Source of the DNA: the human T2T-CHM13v2.0 reference genome, Homo sapiens
Assembly: GCF_009914755.1 (NCBI RefSeq)
Contig: NC_060947.1
DNA: 64,000 nt
Direction: 5' to 3' (one strand)
Under the pieces are notes generated by a model. It was given only the letters and a program-made list of their open reading frames with translations, had not been told where the DNA came from and searched no databases. Position 1 is the stretch's first letter. Every line of letters begins with the position of its first letter. Below, in pieces: positions 60,413 to 64,000 of the stretch. The position numbers and the translations under genes were made by a program.

Positions 60413-61243
60413 GATATTCTCAGGATATAGGAAAGAACAAAATCAGGTTCTCCTACTATACTCTCATAGTACCGAGCACTTTTGACTCAGATGTGGGTTT
60501 TTTTTTCTTCACACACCAAGCAAGCAAACAGTTTTGCAGTGGACACCAGCTGAGTATCCTCTAATTCAATTTGATTCTGACACTATCCACCCGGAGAGAG
60601 TGATAGATCCTAAAAATTAAGGACTTAGTCCCACAAGACTGCCCCCACCTCTGATGACAATCACAAGTAATAGATTGTCACCTACACTTCTGACTGATTG
60701 GCTATATATTGGGGTTCCCACTACCCCCTCCTCAGGTTCAACTTTGCTAGAGTAGCTCACAGAACTCAGTGAAACACTTTACTTGTATTTACTGGTTTAT
60801 TATAAAGGATATTACAAAGAATACAGATGCAGAGGTGCATAGGGCAAGGTATGCGAGAAAAAGTGTGGAGCTTCCCTGCCCTCTCCAGGTGTATTATCCT
60901 TCAGGAACCTCTACTTGTTTGGCAACCCAGAAGCTCATCCAAATCCTGTCCTTTTGGAGGCTACATTACTAAACATAATTTATTAAAACAGTGGCCATGG
61001 GTGATCAACTTAACCTCCATCCCCTCTCTCCAGCCAAGAGGTTTTGGGGTAGGGCTAAAAGTCCCAGCCCTACAATTATGTCTTTGTTTTTCCTGTGAGC
61101 AGCCCCCTCATCCTGGAGCTAGCTAGGGACTGCCAGCCATGGGTCAACTGATTAGCAAAGAAAAAGACACTTATCACTTTGGAGATTCCAAGAATTTTAA
61201 GAGATGTGTACCAGGAAACAGAACCGTATTTCACAATATTACA
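60413..61243. mobile_element. MER21-family LTR
   Basis: cacacaccaagcaagcaa...gcagtggacaccagctgagtatcctctaattcaatt; gtcccacaagactgccccc; aaaggatattacaaagaatacagatg; ends cacaatattaca. Confidence 0.88.
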
Positions 61244-61339
61244 GATAAATTCTTTTTTTTCAGGAATACAAATTGCAATTTTATTAAAAGCTAATCATGC
61301 ACATTTTAAAATTCTTTGCATATTTATAATTTATCCTGA

Positions 61340-61490
61340 AATCAGTCCCCTGAAGCATAAGTATTGTTTTCTCCATTTTACCATTGAAAAATTGGAATAC
61401 TCACTCAAGATTTTATAGTTAATGAGTGATAGAGCTAGAGTTTGAACACAGGTATTTTTGACTGCCATGCCAGGGTTCTTTGCCATTAAT
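61340..61490 (-). mobile_element. MIR
   Basis: ctccattttaccattgaaaaattg...gttaatgagtgatagagctagagtttgaacacagg. Confidence 0.65.
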
Positions 61491-62209
61491 GGTTCTCTGA
61501 GAAAAGAAGGTAACCCTTAATCAATTATGAGTTCTTATCACAGATATATTCTAAAATTCCGTTAGAACCTTTGAAATACAATAATGAAAGTTGTATTTTA
61601 ATACATTTCAGTTTATGTGTTATTTATTAGCTAATTGAGAAAATTATTTCTGGAAGAAAAATAGAATGCTGTGTGGATTTTTAAGTAACTAATATTTTTA
61701 AATGTCTCATTGTAAAGTTTCACATCTATAAATAGCAGTTTTTAAGTCTTGCTATCTATTTACAATGAAGATATTAATTCTTTCTTTCTGTGAAGTTTTT
61801 AATAGTCATAAAATATATAATTGAAAAGTTTTGCCATCTAAAGTTGCTCTTCATATATCTTCAGTTTAATGAGAAACATTATTGCACATTTTTTCGCATT
61901 CAATTAAACCAATAGTTTTTGAATACCTGCTACTGGGGAAGCAAATTACTCGGGGCTGTGGGAGATATAAGAGCTTTCTAGATGCTTAAAAATTAGTGTG
62001 AGAAAACAGACAATTATATAAATAACACTTAAAACAAGGCAATGCTGTAATGGAACTGCCATTATTTAAAAACTAAAGTATTGTAAATAACATTGCTGCA
62101 TTTGAAGTAAAAGTAACTTTAAATGTTAATTTTTCTAGTTGGCCATTAATATTGTAATTAACTATAATATTATTAATATTTAAATCCTGGCTCTAAATAA
62201 TGAAAGCAC

Positions 62210-62535
62210 TCTGGCAGAAACTGCTACACAATTACCAAACTTTCATTCTCTTCTTATTCCCATCCTCCTTTGATGTTTAGTGTGGATCTGTGATTGACAG
62301 CCAAGGAATATGAGCAAAAGTGATGTGCATCACTTTCGGGCCTGACTCCTAACAACTCCCACACACATCTTTCTTGCCCTTCCCAACACTTTTGGCTTGT
62401 GCCAGATAAGCATGGTAAACTTGGAAGCTGTAAGTTTCCATAGGAAAGCCACAAGATGGTAGCAACATGAAGCAACACTTGGAAGAGAGCTGCTTGCCAA
62501 ACAGTAACATCTATTTGGGCTTTATATGAGGGGGA
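62210..62535 (+). mobile_element. MLT1 LTR fragment
   Basis: ctggcagaaactgcta; agccaaggaatatgagcaaaagtgatgtgcatcactttcgggcctg; cacttggaagagagctgc. Confidence 0.65.
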
Positions 62536-64000
62536 ACTTGACCTGTTCTTCTTGGTATCCCTGGTATCTAGCATGCCATCTGAGACACAGTTGCTCAATG
62601 AAAATAATTGTGAGCTGTTAAAGAAAACCTTTTAAAGGAATAGATCAGTGTAACAGTGCACACAATTGGATATAATAAACTCCACCTCAGTGTAGAGTAT
62701 TTTAATAAAACTACAAGATTACCAATGAAGGGTTATATAGAAACTATTCCTCAATAGGTAAAAGGTTAGGGATGATTAACTCTGGGGACCCTTCCAAATA
62801 TAATATTCCATATTATGCCTTAAATTTAAATGACTAGGAGGTAGCTTCTGGGAGCTGTATCTTTTTTCTTAGTTCCATTATGTTCCACTCCTTTTGTTTT
62901 CTTCTTTTCCAAATATTTCATCTTTCCTTGTTAATCAATCAGCATTTGTAGAGCATGTAAAATATGACCAGCCCTGTCCACATGGTGCTTGCCATCTAGT
63001 TGGGGAGAGGGCTGTGAAACAACACATTTTGAAACAATTAGTAAGCATTATAAAGAGATCATTAAATGCTCCAGTAAATAGTTGTTGAGTGAGTTGCTTC
63101 AAATGTGTAATTTATGCACATTAAAAGCATACAGCCAGCTGCATGGGCAATCAAAAAGCTAAAATTCAACTTGCTTTTCTGTTAATAAGCAGTGCAAACG
63201 TGGGAAAGTCATTTAGCCTTTCTCTCTTTTATAAGATAAAAACAACAATTCTGTCCAATTAACTAGGGAGCAGAGTGACAAAGAATTGATTCACGAATTA
63301 GAAAGCATGATACCTTAGAATAGAGTACTCTGTTTTGGAGCCTTATGTTCCAATTAGTCTTTACTTGCATTGCTTATTTTCTTTCTATATGTAATCAGGA
63401 TTTTTGCTGTTACTGATGGTTCATTTAAGAGTTCTTCATTCCATCCGAGTGCAGCACCCAGAAAACTGGCTGTCTTTGATTGTGTTGAAAAAGCACAATA
63501 GGCCTCTGGCCCTCCATGGCAAAGAATATGATCATAAGTTTGGACTTATGGCCCCTTCAGTAGCCAGTTGTCACTGCTGCTGTTGACCTGCCACCTGCCT
63601 GAGCTCAGGGTAGAGACAGGAGACTCAAATGCTTCAGCAGGATTTCTTTGTCCAGCTGAAGATGACTAAGTTGTAGATTACATTTCAGGAGCATTATTTC
63701 ATATTGTGGTAGATATACTAAATATTCTCTCATATCTGAAGAGATAGCAAAGTTACAAAGAGAAACATTTAATGTTTTTGAAATGCCATAATATAATAAT
63801 CATTGATGTGAAATTGGGTAAGTTTGCCCTGACTAGCTAAACTTCTTGCCTGCCAGCTGTAAATGCTGCCTCCAGCTGCATTCTTTTCATGAAGAAACTG
63901 TTTGAGTTTTGTACATTTTATCAGACTCATTTTAAAACCATTTTCAAAATGTTTTCTACTGGTTTGGTTTTGAAGATTTTTGCATCAGTAATATATTTCT

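Noticed and set aside
63400-64000. Exon-like unique sequence at the window end
   Set aside because: No frame gave a recognisable protein, and the region is cut by the window edge.

Overview
This is AT-rich primate genomic DNA. It is very probably human, because it carries an AluYa5-type insertion. I found no recognisable host protein-coding exon, tRNA/rRNA or CpG island. Roughly 60-65% (by eye) is transposable-element relic, and every long ORF in the track is L1-derived. The core is a nested L1 stack at ~22.0-39.0 kb, where an L1MA1/2-like host carries four inserts: a THE1 solo LTR; a full-length L1PA4-like element (14-bp TSD) that holds a 5'-truncated AluYa5; a 5'-inverted L1PA13-like insertion that holds an AluS; and a tail-less 1.5-kb inverted L1PA fragment. 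That fragment shares rare variants, including a frameshift, with the full-length element 4.8 kb away, yet keeps the empty pre-Alu site. Other notable items are an intact 183-aa extended ORF0 on the L1 antisense strand, a candidate 3' transduction, a candidate L1 insertion-mediated deletion, an ~80-bp TSD, templated-insertion hairpins, and a repeat-free 2-kb block with a strong minus-strand poly(A) site. I see no convincing new gene system. The best leads concern L1 repair/recombination biology and a possible L1-antisense-driven transcript. Subfamily names come from remembered consensus features, not from a RepeatMasker run.
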